A program made the translations under genes and the position numbers. A DNA stretch of 64,000 nucleotides from Piromyces finnis finn. Its lineage: Eukaryota > Fungi > Neocallimastigomycota. The stretch covers positions 496,001-560,000 of the forward strand of contig MCFH01000010.1 in assembly GCA_002104945.1 (NCBI GenBank), read 5' to 3'. This document shows, one piece after another, positions 41,464 to 53,931 of the stretch; positions within the stretch are counted from its first letter, which is position 1, and every line of letters begins with the position of its first letter. The notes beneath the pieces are model-generated. The model was not told the DNA's origin. It was given only the letters and a program-made list of their open reading frames with translations, and searched no databases.

Positions 41464-42992
41464 GACCTCTCTGAGATTTGATAATTTTTAGTTTTGATTT
41501 ATTTCTAGTTACATTACATTGTAGCTATGCATCTTGATAAAGTGTATCTTATAAAAAAAAGAAAAAAATTAATACTTTTAAAAAATTTTGGTAAAAAAAA
41601 AAAAAAAGGGGGGGTGTTGTGTTTATATCCTTTAAAAGATTACTTTTTTTTTTTTGGTATAAAAAAAAAAGTTTTAATATTGAAAGAAAATTTATTTCGA
41701 AAACTATTAGAAAAAAAAAAATTTTTTTTTTATTCCTTTTTCAAAAGATATTTAATTTCATCTTGTATCACCAACAACTTTAGGAAAGATGTAAATAACA
41801 CTTATTGGAATATACTAGAATTGAAAAGGAATGCTTCATTTGAGTTTTTAGTTTTGGTTTTATTAAATAAATATTTTATTTATTTATTTATTTTAATTTT
41901 TTATTATATTATATTATATTATTATATCTTTTTTAGTTTTATTATTATTTTAATTTTTTTTTTTTTTTTAAACTTTCTTATTATTTTATAATGATTGTTT
42001 AGTAAATAATAAAACAACTATTTAATAAATAAAAATGTTCAAAAAAAATTTTTTTTTTTAATCCATCATTTTACTTACTTAAAATAATTGTTTATATTGA
42101 TATAAAATAGATGTTTACAATTAAAATTAAAAATAAAATACTTTTTTATAAACAATAAAAACTATTTTTATATATACTATTATTTTATTATTATTTTTTA
42201 TATTTTTAATATATATTTTTTTTCTTTTTTTTTTATTAATTTAAGACAAAGATAAAAAAAAGATAAACATATATAAATTTATTATAAATTAAATTTTATC
42301 ATAATAATGTCTAATAATTATTCTAATTAATTATACAATATATTCATATTAATAATTTTTTTATTATTAATATAAATATATATTTATATATTTCCAATTT
42401 GATTTGATTTATGCTTTTTTTCTGCTAAAAAAAGATAAAAATTTAACCTTTTTATAAAACTATATATATATATAAAAGTAGATATATATATAACTATTTT
42501 TAAAAATTCATTTTAATTAATAAGTAAATTATATTATCTTTTTTCAAATTTAATTCTATATAAATTAATTAAAATGAAAGGTGAAATTTTTTCTTCGTAT
42601 TTCTTATTTTAAGCATTCATTAGCTTTAAACCTATAAATTGTATTTGAAAAAAATTTATTTTTCATGTATTATTATTTTTGTCTTGCTTGATTTTTAATA
42701 TTATTATATTATAATATAATTTTGTTTTAATGTCGTTTGTTTTTAATTGTGTTATTTTATTTTTATTTTAATTTATTTTTTCCTTTCTACCTTTAAAAAA
42801 ATATTTTTTGATTATATACAATTAATTTTCCTTTTGTCTTTTTTTTTTTTTTTTTTGATTTGTTTTTTTATTATTTTTATATTTGACTTTTGTATTTATT
42901 TTTTAATGATAAAACTTTTTTTTTATCATATGAAATATTTAAGATTAATGATCATTGATTTATGTTTCGTTTTAAACTATTGGAATGTTATT

Positions 42993-44813
42993 TTAATTTT
43001 GTGGTCTTTGCATAGGTGATCTTTGATAATAATTAACTCTTGGAGAAGGAGGTGTATTTCTATTTTGAATTGGTGGAGTATTACTTATTAATTGATTAAT
43101 AGGTAAATTCTTTGGATTTCTATTCATATAATTGAAATTTGGTGAACCCATTTGTGTGTTTGTTGGATTAATATTTGGAGAAGGTTGACGTCTATTTCCA
43201 TTTAATGGTGGTGAGTTCATTAATGCGGGTTGTGGTGAGTTTTTAGTAGCACCAACGTACATTGATGGAATTTTTTGATAATTACCACTAGCTTGTGACG
43301 ATATAGATGGTTCATATTTACCACTATATTGAGATGTATGTAGTGATGGTGATTTATAACTATTACCACCCATACTAGTGTTAGCATTAGAATAAAATGA
43401 TGGTGAAATTTCTGGAGAAAGGGATGGAGTTGGAACTCCAAATTTCATATTTTGAGTTTTTAAAGTGGTAGTATATGGTTCATTGGAATTTGGAATGGTT
43501 ACACCATTTGGAGCTGGAGGTAATGTTTTATCACGATATTTGTGAAGTTGAATAACTTTATTAATAGAATGGAGCCATTCATCCTTTTCTTCCTTGGATG
43601 AACATTCAAACTCAAAAACTTCTCTTTGCTTTTCATTATTTTTGACTGTAGAAAGTTCGAAATTACGAACACCAGCATAAATACCTGCCTTTGTACATTT
43701 AGTATTTTTATCAATAGTATAGTGAGTGATTAATTCAGCTTCAGATCTATCTTCCTTAAAAACGTATAAACGATGTGTGGTTAAAGCATAAAATAAAGTT
43801 TTTTTCTTATTAAATAAGATATTAGTGCAAATGGTTAAATTACCACCCTTATGGAAGTTATTTGAATTAACCAAATCCCTCATTATTTTTTTACCTTTTC
43901 CGGATAAAATAGATGGATCAAAGTTCATATCAATTTCAGCAGCAGCAGCTAAGAAAGATTTTGAATCCGACATTGATTCACTTACACTATCAGTAATAAA
44001 ACTTCTAGCTTGATGAGCTTCTAAATCAGCATTAAGATCAAAACTATTGCTAATACTTGATTTAGTCATGTTTACACCACTATAATCACTTTGTCTTTGT
44101 GGTATAAAGAATTCTCTTCCGGAATCATGTTTATAGTCTGAAAGATAATTTCCATATTCATCAATTTTTGGAATACTAGCATCATTATTTTGGAAACTTT
44201 CATTGTAAAAAGTAGCACTATCTGGAGAAAAAGCGTAAGAACTACTTGGGCTTCTCATTCTATCATAAGGAATTTGAGTACTTTGAGGATAAGAGTTTCC
44301 ATAGCTATTACTAGAGTATCTTGGCATATCAGTTTCATATGGAGATTCAACATTAAAAGTATCATCTTCACTTTTTGGAGCATATCTTGAATTTTGTTGA
44401 TTATAATAAGTATTTATAGAAGGTGGGGTTGGAGCTACTCTTATACTATTAATTTTAGGTGAATTATATTCATTATCTTTATCACCGTAAGAACCTCTGA
44501 CTCTTTGGCCAAGAGAATCGCTCCTTACAGAAGAGGAATATTTAGGAAATTCTGAATCTTGATAAGCTATTTGAGGAGAAGCTGCGTTATGTGGATCATT
44601 CATAGACAATTTTGACATTTTATCAACTATATTATATTGTTTCTTTATATCACTTGGGTTACCATTACTTGGTAAAGATAAAGGTGACATTGGAGGTTTT
44701 ATATTATCAGGTTTTTGAACCATGGAAGAAGAATTTTCATTTAATTCCTTTTCCATGGTTTCTAATTTAGCGTATAAGTTACGTAAAATAGTAGGAGGTG
44801 TTGGATTGCTCAT
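42993..44813 (-). CDS. Intronless PH-domain protein with S/P/N-rich disordered flanks, 606 aa
   Basis: KGGNLTICTNILFNKKKTLFYALTTHRLYVFK...FEFECSSKEEKDEWLHSINKVI is a typical PH fold with the C-terminal W helix. Confidence 0.8.
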   Translation of the reverse strand: MSNPTPPTILRNLYAKLETMEKELNENSSSMVQKPDNIKPPMSPLSLPSNGNPSDIKKQYNIVDKMSKLSMNDPHNAASPQIAYQDSEFPKYSSSVRSDSLGQRVRGSYGDKDNEYNSPKINSIRVAPTPPSINTYYNQQNSRYAPKSEDDTFNVESPYETDMPRYSSNSYGNSYPQSTQIPYDRMRSPSSSYAFSPDSATFYNESFQNNDASIPKIDEYGNYLSDYKHDSGREFFIPQRQSDYSGVNMTKSSISNSFDLNADLEAHQARSFITDSVSESMSDSKSFLAAAAEIDMNFDPSILSGKGKKIMRDLVNSNNFHKGGNLTICTNILFNKKKTLFYALTTHRLYVFKEDRSEAELITHYTIDKNTKCTKAGIYAGVRNFELSTVKNNEKQREVFEFECSSKEEKDEWLHSINKVIQLHKYRDKTLPPAPNGVTIPNSNEPYTTTLKTQNMKFGVPTPSLSPEISPSFYSNANTSMGGNSYKSPSLHTSQYSGKYEPSISSQASGNYQKIPSMYVGATKNSPQPALMNSPPLNGNRRQPSPNINPTNTQMGSPNFNYMNRNPKNLPINQLISNTPPIQNRNTPPSPRVNYYQRSPMQRPQN

Positions 44814-46791
44814 TTTATTTAAATTTTCTCTAAAGGATTACTAATATTACTTTTATTGAAAATATTTACAAAAATTTTTAAAAAAATAAAATTACTTTTA
44901 ATGTGTAAATTTTTTTTCTGTTATACAAAAAGAAAAAAAGAGTGTGTGTTGTTCAATTTTATTTTATATTAAAATATACTTCTTTATATTGACTTATAAT
45001 TATATATTTATACAGATAAATATGTTTTTTCAATACATATTCCTTTTTTTAAAAAAAAAAAAAAGAATGTTATTATTTTAATTTGAATATAAAAATTAAT
45101 AATTATTTAATTCATAGTTTTTTTTATTTATGTAACGGTTACTATTTATTAAACTCTTTTTTCTTCCTATATTGATTTAGGTTAGCAATAATAATAATAA
45201 TAATAATTAAATTAAAATTCTTTAGTTTATTTTTATTATTATTACTATTATTATTATTGTTAATAATATTTCAAGGTTACTACACTATATTCTTTTATTG
45301 AAAAAAAATTTAACAAAATTTAAAAAAAAAAAAGAAAAGAAATTCATCAATATTTAAATAAAATTAAAAAAATTTCATAATATGAATAATTTTATAATAA
45401 AAAATGTTATTAAACTTTATTATTATTTAAAAATACTATTTATCTATATATATTATATTAATTAACAATACTAAATATCTTTCAAGTTAACTATTTTAAT
45501 TTATTTAATATATAGTAATATATATCTAAAAAATCATTGTATATAATATATGTTTATTATAAATTTATTTTATATATTATTTAATATACATTTAAATAGA
45601 ATATAATTAATTATCAGTTTAATTAATTTATTTTAGTTGAACAAAAATATATATGTTAAATATATTATCAATAGATATGTATAATATATATTAATATAGA
45701 TTCTATAAGAAATTAATTATTTTTAATATAATTATTTTATTAAAAATTAATATATTAAATTCAACATTTTATTTTTATTAAATATACCACTCATATATTA
45801 TATTTATTCTAGAATTTATTTTGTCTATATATATGTTTATATTAACAAATATACTATTTTTACTCTAGATTTAATTTAATATACATATATAAATAGAGTA
45901 TACTGTAATATATTTAAAAACATAATTATATAACTATTAGAATAAAAAAATAAAGGTGGAAAAAAAAAATAATACTAATTAACATCAACTAAAAATTAAT
46001 ATAATTAACAATTCAATAAACATTAATTTGTGAAAAAAAATAATGAATAGGGTTTAAAGGAGAAATGGGAATGATTTTTTTGAAATCATCATTTCTTCCT
46101 AATGATGGGTGGATGATGTTTAATATTTTACTTTTACAATGAGCAAAGTATAATATTTTTATATGAAAAATAATTTGATTCTCTCTCTACATAGAATAAA
46201 TAGAATAAAAATGTTTAAAAAAAACAGAAATGGCAGTGAAGATATTCATTAGAACTTTTAATTTTTTTGAATATTTTTAATGATAATTTCCACAAAGAAA
46301 AAAAAAATAAAATTAAAATGAATATCACTAGTGAAACGTAAAACTATAATATGATATTTTTAATTAAAAAAGTTGGTATTATTAGTATTATTTGGTAGAA
46401 GAATTAGTATTTTATGTACGATACAAATACGATTCATTTTATTTTTATCACATTAAATAAAATGTTGTGGAAAAAGCAAAGATAAAACAAAGAAAAGAAT
46501 TTTGTATCTATGCTTATACTTTTTTTTTTTTTTTTGATTCTTAAAAGTTTTAATCATATAAAATCGTAATACTATTTTATTACACACAATAATGACATGT
46601 TTTTATTATTATTATATTAAAATAACAAAAGATTAATAGAAAGGAAAAAGAAAGAAAAATGACATTAATGTTATTTTAATTTAGAAATGTAATATTCAAT
46701 AGCTTTTCAAATGAACATCAAACTATAAATAAATGTCATATTTGAATCAGTATCATTATATCATTATAATAATAATAACATATATATGAAA

Positions 46792-46846
<55 letters not shown>

Positions 46847-49800
46847 AAAAAGACAGAATTATCATAATAGTAAAATTTGTGTTACAACTAATATGATTTT
46901 TAAAAAAAAGTTCCTTTAAATTTTTTGTGTAATCCTCGCTAACTATTATATTTTTTTTCTTTTTTACTCTGATTCTTAGGAAGAATAATAAGAATAGGAA
47001 GAATAATAAAAATATGAAAAAGAATAAAAAAGAATTATTAAGTTTATGTTACATTTAGGAATGTATTTATTTTTATAATACTTAAAGTTTATTATTTAAT
47101 ATACATTTAGAAATTTTCATTTTTATAGTATTTAAGGTTTATTATTTAATATAATACTTGAATAAATATAAATAAAAATAAAAATGACCACATCCTTTTT
47201 ACCCTGTACTACATATACAATATTAAAATCAAAGGAAGAATTAATAATAAAAAAGGATACATATTTATTAATAATATACAATTTAATATATTATATTAAT
47301 ATTATATGAATATATAATAAATATCACATAATCTATACTATAATAATACTATATAATATATAATATTATATATATAACAATATACAATAAGTATGAATAA
47401 TTATATATAATTGTTTTATTATAATATGGTTTTATTATAATAATCCATTTTATCATTATATATTAGCAATATATTCTATTAATATTATTAATATATTCAA
47501 TTTCTATTCTTTTGAAAAAACTTTTTTAAAAAAAAATGTATGATATTTCATATGATACATAATTATTAATAAATATTAATTGTAATTAATATGTGATTTA
47601 TATATGATAGAATATATTCACCAAATTTATTTGTTTTTTTTTTTAATATTCAACAACTATTTGTAAAACAAAAAAAAAGAGCTTTTTTATTCCTATAGTA
47701 TAATAATATTATAATAAAAATGGCAGGAATGAATATGAATGACTAGAATAAAAGTAGATTAAAAAAGTTTATAGACATATTTTTCAAGGATAGTATTATA
47801 ATTACATTGATTAGTAATTCAAAAAGTATACCTATAGATTAATAGTTTATTTTAGAATTTTTTGTATATACAAAATAATAATATTATCATTATTAAAGCA
47901 TAAATTAATAATATTAAAAAGAAAAATAAGTAATTGTTAATTTTTAATTTCATTACATTTTATGGTATACTCTTAATAAGGTTTCTTTTTAATAAAAATG
48001 TATTCATACAATGAATTACTACTTACTTATATTACTATTATTTTATCTTTTTCTAATGTTTAAAAAAATAAATTTTAATCTATTGGTTTTATATTTCTTT
48101 ACCTTTCTTACCATCACAAAAGAAATAACAATGGAATATTAAACAATGTATAATTAAATGGTATTATTTTGATCTTGACCTCGTTCCTTTTAATTATAAT
48201 TTTTTATTTGTATAATAAATAAAAATAAAGCGAATCCTTTTGAAAATTCAAAATATTAATAATACTAAATCTATTTTTATTTACCCTATTTCAATAAATA
48301 ATAAAGATATATTTTATATATTATTAATTTAATAATTGTATACATTTTAAAATAGAATGATATTGATAAAAAAAAAGTATAAAATGTAGAATAGAATAAT
48401 TATTAATGAAATAAAGTATTTTTCTATGGTGTAATGTATGACTAAACATAAAGTAATATAATAAAAATATTAACAAGATATATATAATCATAAAAAGAAT
48501 TATAATATAGCAATTATACATTACCTTTTAAAATTAATAAAATATAAAGATTTAGCCAAACTAAACACAAATCATTAAAAAATTACAAAATATTATAAAA
48601 TTAAATTTGAATACAAAATTTAATATTATTATTATTTAAAGTTTGTCTAAATTAAAATTTTGATAAAACTATATTTTACTATTATTTAAAGTTTATAAAA
48701 TAAGTAATATATTAAAAAATAGGTAAATTAAAAAATATGTAAAAATGGTTGTAGACATTTTTTAACTTTACAAATAACTTTGAATAAAAAGAGTGTGAGA
48801 TATCAAACAGTAAATACATAATTTATATATATTCATATAGTAAAACTTAGAAGAAATAAATTTTATCTCTATAATCTTGTTCTATAAACTTAAAGCTTTA
48901 TCAAGTAAAAAGAAATCAAGATTACAAAAATAAAAGTAGTAGATTCTAGGCATTAAACTTTTAATAGATAGAATTAACAAAAATAGTAAAATCAAGTTTT
49001 AAGAGATAATAATAAAAAAAAAAAAAGGGAATGATTTAATAATAAAAATAACTTTAACTATTTACTTGTTCAATTTTAAATTTTGTTATTTCTATACACT
49101 CTATATATTGTAAAATAAATAAAAAAAAGAGAATATTATTTAATATAAATAAATGAAATATCGATATTAGTCATACAAAAAAGAACTTTTATTCAATAAC
49201 ATGTTATAAAATATAATTTATTTTAATATATCTTTATATCGCACTATATATTTAAATACATAACTACTTAATATTAAACTTAAACCTTTTAAATAAAAAG
49301 AATTCAAAGTTTTGTTTTTATTTTTGTTTCGTAAAAAAAAAGCAAAATGCATTATCTGTTATTCTTTTAATAATATGAATAGATCATTATTGATTCATTT
49401 ATACAAAAAATGTTTATTTTTATAATTCATAAATCTAAAACTTTTAAAAAAAATCCTAAATAGATTATTTTAAATAATAAATTAGTTATGAAAATAGATA
49501 TAAAACATGGTATTTAAACGAAATATCATTGGAAGAATTTTATATTACATTAATCAAATATATAAATAAATAAAAATATTTTAACCATTTAAAATTTTCC
49601 TACCTACGGAATAGCCAAAAGCATAAAAAAAAAAATATCCCATTGACCTGAATACCTGAATAACTTTTTTAATATTATCTTTTTTTGGTAATAAAAAAAA
49701 TAATTAAATTCATCTTTTAATTATTTTGTGTTTACACTTTTTTAAATAAAAAAATTCTTGATTTTGTTTGGTTCTCACTAAATTATTCATATTATATCAT

Positions 49801-50361
49801 TAATTAAATTTTATTAATTATTTTGTGGCATTCAATACTAAATAATCTAAATTATTACTAATAAACTTTTTTCTTTATTTATTTATTTAAGGCGCAGTAT
49901 TACTAAAAGATACATTTTATCATACCATTTTTTTTTTTTGTTTTGTTTTGTTTTGTTTTTTCAAATTTAAAAAAAAAAAAAAGCAAGCCAAAAATCAAGA
50001 GTAGGTAGTGATTAACATTCATTATTCTTTTTTTTTTTTAGTTTTTTGTTTTTAAATGGTTTGAAAACTAACTAAATTTGTTCAAATGAATATTTAAAAC
50101 TTTTATTAAAAATGATGTACAAATAAAAATAAAGATTAAAATAAATTAGCACTTTTATATATATATAAAAAAAAGTTAAAATTTGATTTCCTAAAAAAAT
50201 GTTTCATATTTAATTGAAGAAAACTTTATTTTTAATTATATAAAAAAAAATAAATAAAAAAATCATAAAAGATGAAATAAATTAAAGTTTATTAATAAAA
50301 AAAAACGATATTGAGGAATATAAACCATCGACTTTTTTTTTAAAATAAATTCTTTTAAATG

Positions 50362-50424
<63 letters not shown>

Positions 50425-50653
50425 TATTAATTATATTTTATAAGATTCAATATTGAAAGAAAGGTAAAATACCAGTCCATAACCATCAATAACCACCACT
50501 TCAAAAAAAATAAAAAAATTTTCAATTGGTTGATCTTAATTAATATTAATATGAATTTAATAAATTAATAGGAATATTATAGATTTATATATGTAAATCA
50601 TAAATTTCATCCCATTAAAATATTTTAATCCTTTTATAATTTTTTATGTATTT

Positions 50654-50880
50654 AGTAAAAGTATTATTCTTAGTAGTTAATTATTTATTCAGTAAAAGTA
50701 TTATTCTAAGTAGTTAATTATTTATTCATTCATTCATTTAGTTAGTTAATTAATTACCTAATTAGTTAGTTACTTATTTAACTGTTTGGTTATTCACTTA
50801 ATTAGTTAGTTAGTTAATTAGTTAATTTCATAACTATTTAATTATTCATTTGTTTAGGTAATTAATTAGTTGGTTGGTTA
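50654..50880 (+). repeat. 37-bp direct duplication followed by a (TTAG/TAAT/TTCA)-type low-complexity tract
   Basis: AGTAAAAGTATTATTCTWAGTAGTTAATTATTTATTC at 50654-50690 and 50691-50727 (1 mismatch), then degenerate tetramer repeats. Confidence 0.75.
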
Positions 50881-51420
50881 TTTGCTCTTTATTACAATTT
50901 TCACTATCAATATAAAAGAGTAAATCATTACTGATTTAAGGAAATTTTTTGTTTTAAAATATTTTAATTAATTTATAGATAGGATTCTTTATTTTTATTG
51001 ATATAAAAATAATATGTGACTTGAACATATTATTATATTAGTAATTTTTCCTAATATTAAATTTATATAGTTTTATTATAATATTAATTGTTTCTGCAAT
51101 GTACAAGAATGTAATGAAAATGTATGACAAATGTAATATCATGTACTGTAAAGGAATAATGTAAATGAATGATCCATATAGTTCCAGCCTTATAATTGGA
51201 CAATTAATTATTAAGTAAGCCTCATTAGTATAAATAGATTAGAATAAATACTATTAAAAAGGGCTTCTTGTTTTAGTTAGAATTTTAATATTTGACAACG
51301 ACAGAACGTTTTAGTATTTAGACAGAATAGAAATATTGGAACGTTATAAATAAAATTATTAATAAAATATATATTAATTAAAGTTTAATTCTTTCTACAT
51401 AAAATTAACCCGTATCAACT

Positions 51421-51443
51421 TGGTGGAGATATCGGGGATAGAA
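51421..51443 (+). other. Primer-binding site complementary to the 3' end of tRNA-Ala
   Basis: TGGTGGAGATATCGGGGATAGAA is close to the reverse complement of a tRNA-Ala 3' end (…TTCGATCCCCGRYATCTCCACCA), 3 nt after the LTR-terminal CA. Confidence 0.75.
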
Positions 51444-51866
51444 AGAATAGTGTTTTTCGATTTTTTTTTTAAAAAAAAAAAAAAAAAAAAGTTTTATTGT
51501 TATTTTCTTCCTTTACTACTTAGAAGTAGAAAAGGATATAAAAAGTTATTATTCTTTTAATAATATAATATAATTAAGTAGTTTATACTTGACAGCTACA
51601 ACGCTTGCGTATAAATTATTAAAGTTTAGTATATTTACTCCAGTTATTTATTGAGGTTATTTAAGAGTTGGTAACTACCATATCAGTTCTTAAATATTCA
51701 TTAGGAGAGTAGAGCGCTTCCGGCAGCTATTAAAGAAATATCACCATTCTAACCCACTGTTAGAATAAAGTATTTATTAGTGAGGGCCCGAAGTGGAGGT
51801 CGAAAACTAAACTTGATAAATAAAATATATTAAATAATTAGTTTGTTATATTATTTTCAGTTAAAT

Positions 51867-51905
<39 letters not shown>

Positions 51906-51961
51906 TTTGTTTACTCATTAATACCTAACCCTTTAAATTTCAGTAAATTTTTGCTATAAAA

Positions 51962-52440
51962 ATGGCTAATAGATCTTCGTATTATAGACTTCCTATCTTG
52001 GACAAAACCCATTGCAACGAAGATGTGTGGAAACGTCAGATGGAAGCATGGTTTTCTAGAGAAGGCATTGTTGATAAGAATGAAAAGTTCGATACCATTG
52101 TCGGTTGTATAGATTTCCCAGAAATTGTTGATGAACTAATTAGGTTTGAACGCATGTGGAACAGGCCACCCTCTTTGGATGAATGTATGCCATCAATTAG
52201 GAATAGGTTAGCCTATTGGAACAACAAACAGGATGGTTTTCGCCGATTAAAGATTATGGTCATTCGTCCTGGAGAAACAGTGGATGAATTCAATAATAGG
52301 TTTTTGGACCTTTACCATTCTTTGGATGCGGAATATCGCCCCAGAGTTTCTGTGTACGACTATATGCATGCTATCCGTAGTCGTCCAGAATTACAACATG
52401 CCCTCACCATTCGCGAGCCCGCAACTATTGATGAGGCTTG
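51962..52440 (+). pseudogene. Interrupted retrotransposon Gag (capsid) of element C
   Basis: Contains the major-homology-region-like GETVDEFNNRFLDLY. The ORF-track tail VTNLLDN is read-through into element B's LTR. Confidence 0.75.
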
Positions 52441-52999
52441 TGTAACGAATCTATTAGATAATTAATATTGTCTTAATGGTTAGTATTTAAGACATTAATC
52501 TGGATCACTCGGGTTCGACTCACACCTTGATCCGAAATCTATTTTAGATTATTTATTTAACAATTTAATTTATGACTCATAGAAACTTATAGAACTTATT
52601 CGAAAAAGAATAAGTTCGAATATTCGAAAAATCAAATATTTTTTGTAATTTTATCACGGGATTCATTTTATGCAATTTTTAATTAATTTAAAGAACAATC
52701 TAGAAAGATAATTAAAATTTTTGATTTAGCCACATCAGATTTAGAAAAAGTATAAATAGAAGTGGTTTGAATCGAAAATTAAAAAATTGTGTTTTTATTA
52801 ACTATTAACTTTTAACTTTTAAATTTTTAAAAAAAAAAAAAAAAAAAAAAAATATTTATTATTAAAAAATAATTTAAATAAAAAATAATTAAAAAATTTT
52901 AATAAATAAAATTAATTGACTTATTGGGATCAAAATTATTATCTATATAAAGTTTATTAATTACCACATTATTAAATATTTATATAGATACGCGTTACA
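52441..52999 (+). repeat. 5' LTR of element B (559 bp)
   Basis: TGTAAC...GTTACA terminal inverted repeats; TATAAATA at 52751; first 10 nt identical to LTR-A (TGTAACGAAT). Confidence 0.88.
52469..52533 (+). promoter_or_regulatory. tRNA-derived A-box/B-box (Pol III type 2-like) cassette in LTR-B
   Basis: TAATGGTTAG (D-loop/A-box) and GGTTCGACTC (B-box, 52512-52521); G18-to-G53 spacing is 35 nt as in tRNA. Confidence 0.7.
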
Positions 53000-53183
53000 A
53001 TAAAAACACCAGTTGTAACATATTCCCTTTACCTTAATTAATTTGTTTATTTTTCCTACCTGTTATAGTGTCTACCCTTGGTTTAAATATCCACTTGTAT
53101 ATTAGTATCTACCTGACTTTTGTACTTTTCTGTTTTGCTACTTTAGATACTACTTCTGTTTACTCCTTTATTATTTCTCTAGG

Positions 53184-53612
53184 TGTAAAGAAATGTGTCT
53201 TTAACAATAAAACAAATTATAATATTTACTAAATAACTTAGTAATATTAACACTTTAAAATAATCTGTAAATTATTAATTTATAAAAATATCATTAAAAA
53301 CACATAGAATTTAACTTAATAAGTTAGTGTTTAATAATATAATTATTTATTAATAAAATCTCGATTCTTTAAAATATTTGGGAAAATTCACTCGTATTTA
53401 TACTAAAAATTTTTTAAATTAATTTATAAAATTTTTTCAACTTAAAATTCTTAACCAATCAATAATCTTCATATAAAATAAAATTTAAAAATAAAATAAA
53501 ATTATAATTTTTTTAAAATAGTATCTATGAGGTCTCGAACTAGTGTCATTCAGACTCAAAGTCTTAGCTACTAACCACTAAGACAATTTAGTTATTTCTA
53601 GTATTCGTTACA
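53184..53612 (-). repeat. 3' LTR of element A
   Basis: Minus-strand TGTAACGAAT...CTTTACA; matches 59266-59694. Confidence 0.96.
53521..53586 (-). promoter_or_regulatory. tRNA(Gln-TTG)-like A-box/B-box cassette in LTR-A (second copy at ~59603-59668)
   Basis: Sense TAGTGGTTAGTAGC-TAAGA-CTTTGAG-TCTGA-ATGAC-ACTAG-TTCGAGA-C: D-loop, 4/5-bp anticodon stem with canonical loop around TTG, 5-nt variable loop, B-box. Acceptor and T stems are not intact. Confidence 0.72.
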
Positions 53613-53624
53613 TGGTCCTCCTCC
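53613..53624 (-). other. Polypurine tract of element A
   Basis: Minus-strand GGAGGAGGACCA immediately precedes the 3' LTR. Confidence 0.8.
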
Positions 53625-53931
53625 AGGATTCGGATACCAGACGAATCTAGAATTTTAATATTTAAATATATGTTTTTCTTTTTTAATAAACTAAACTAAG
53701 GAGTGAATTTTCTTAATTATAAAAATACATTTAATATAATAAAATACATTTTTTTTTTTTTTTTTTTTTTAATATTACTAAAGTTAAAAATAAAATATTG
53801 ATAAATTTGATATTAATAAATTGTTTAATAATAAAATTGATATTGATAATGATATTAATAAGTTTTGATAATAATAATAATTGTGATTTTAATATTAATA
53901 ATAAATATAATTTGAATTTTTTAACTATTTT

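Larger units (their letters stand above)
50999..52440 (+). mobile_element. Element C: 5' part of a Ty3/gypsy LTR retrotransposon (5' LTR, PBS, leader, truncated gag)
   Basis: Putative LTR with TATAAATA (~51229) ending ...GTATCA at 51417 (left edge uncertain, possibly TGATA at 50999); PBS at 51421; gag from 51962 cut at 52440 by element B. Confidence 0.75.

Noticed and set aside
41527-43019. ORFs 41527-41991 and 42747-43019
   Set aside because: Homopolymer-driven K/F/L-rich translations in 3' UTR or intergenic DNA.
51777-51810. Stem-GA-stem-GAAA-stem arrangement resembling a hammerhead ribozyme in the element C leader
   Set aside because: Lacks the CUGANGA core and a third stem or cleavage triplet.
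53521-53586. Functional tRNA-Gln gene inside the LTRs
   Set aside because: No acceptor stem and a broken T stem; treated as a tRNA-derived promoter-like cassette instead.
53613-53635. TGGTCCTCCTCCAGGATTCG next to an LTR looked like a tRNA PBS
   Set aside because: The element is on the minus strand, where this is the PPT (GGAGGAGGACCA) before the 3' LTR; the tRNA geometry is also one nucleotide short.
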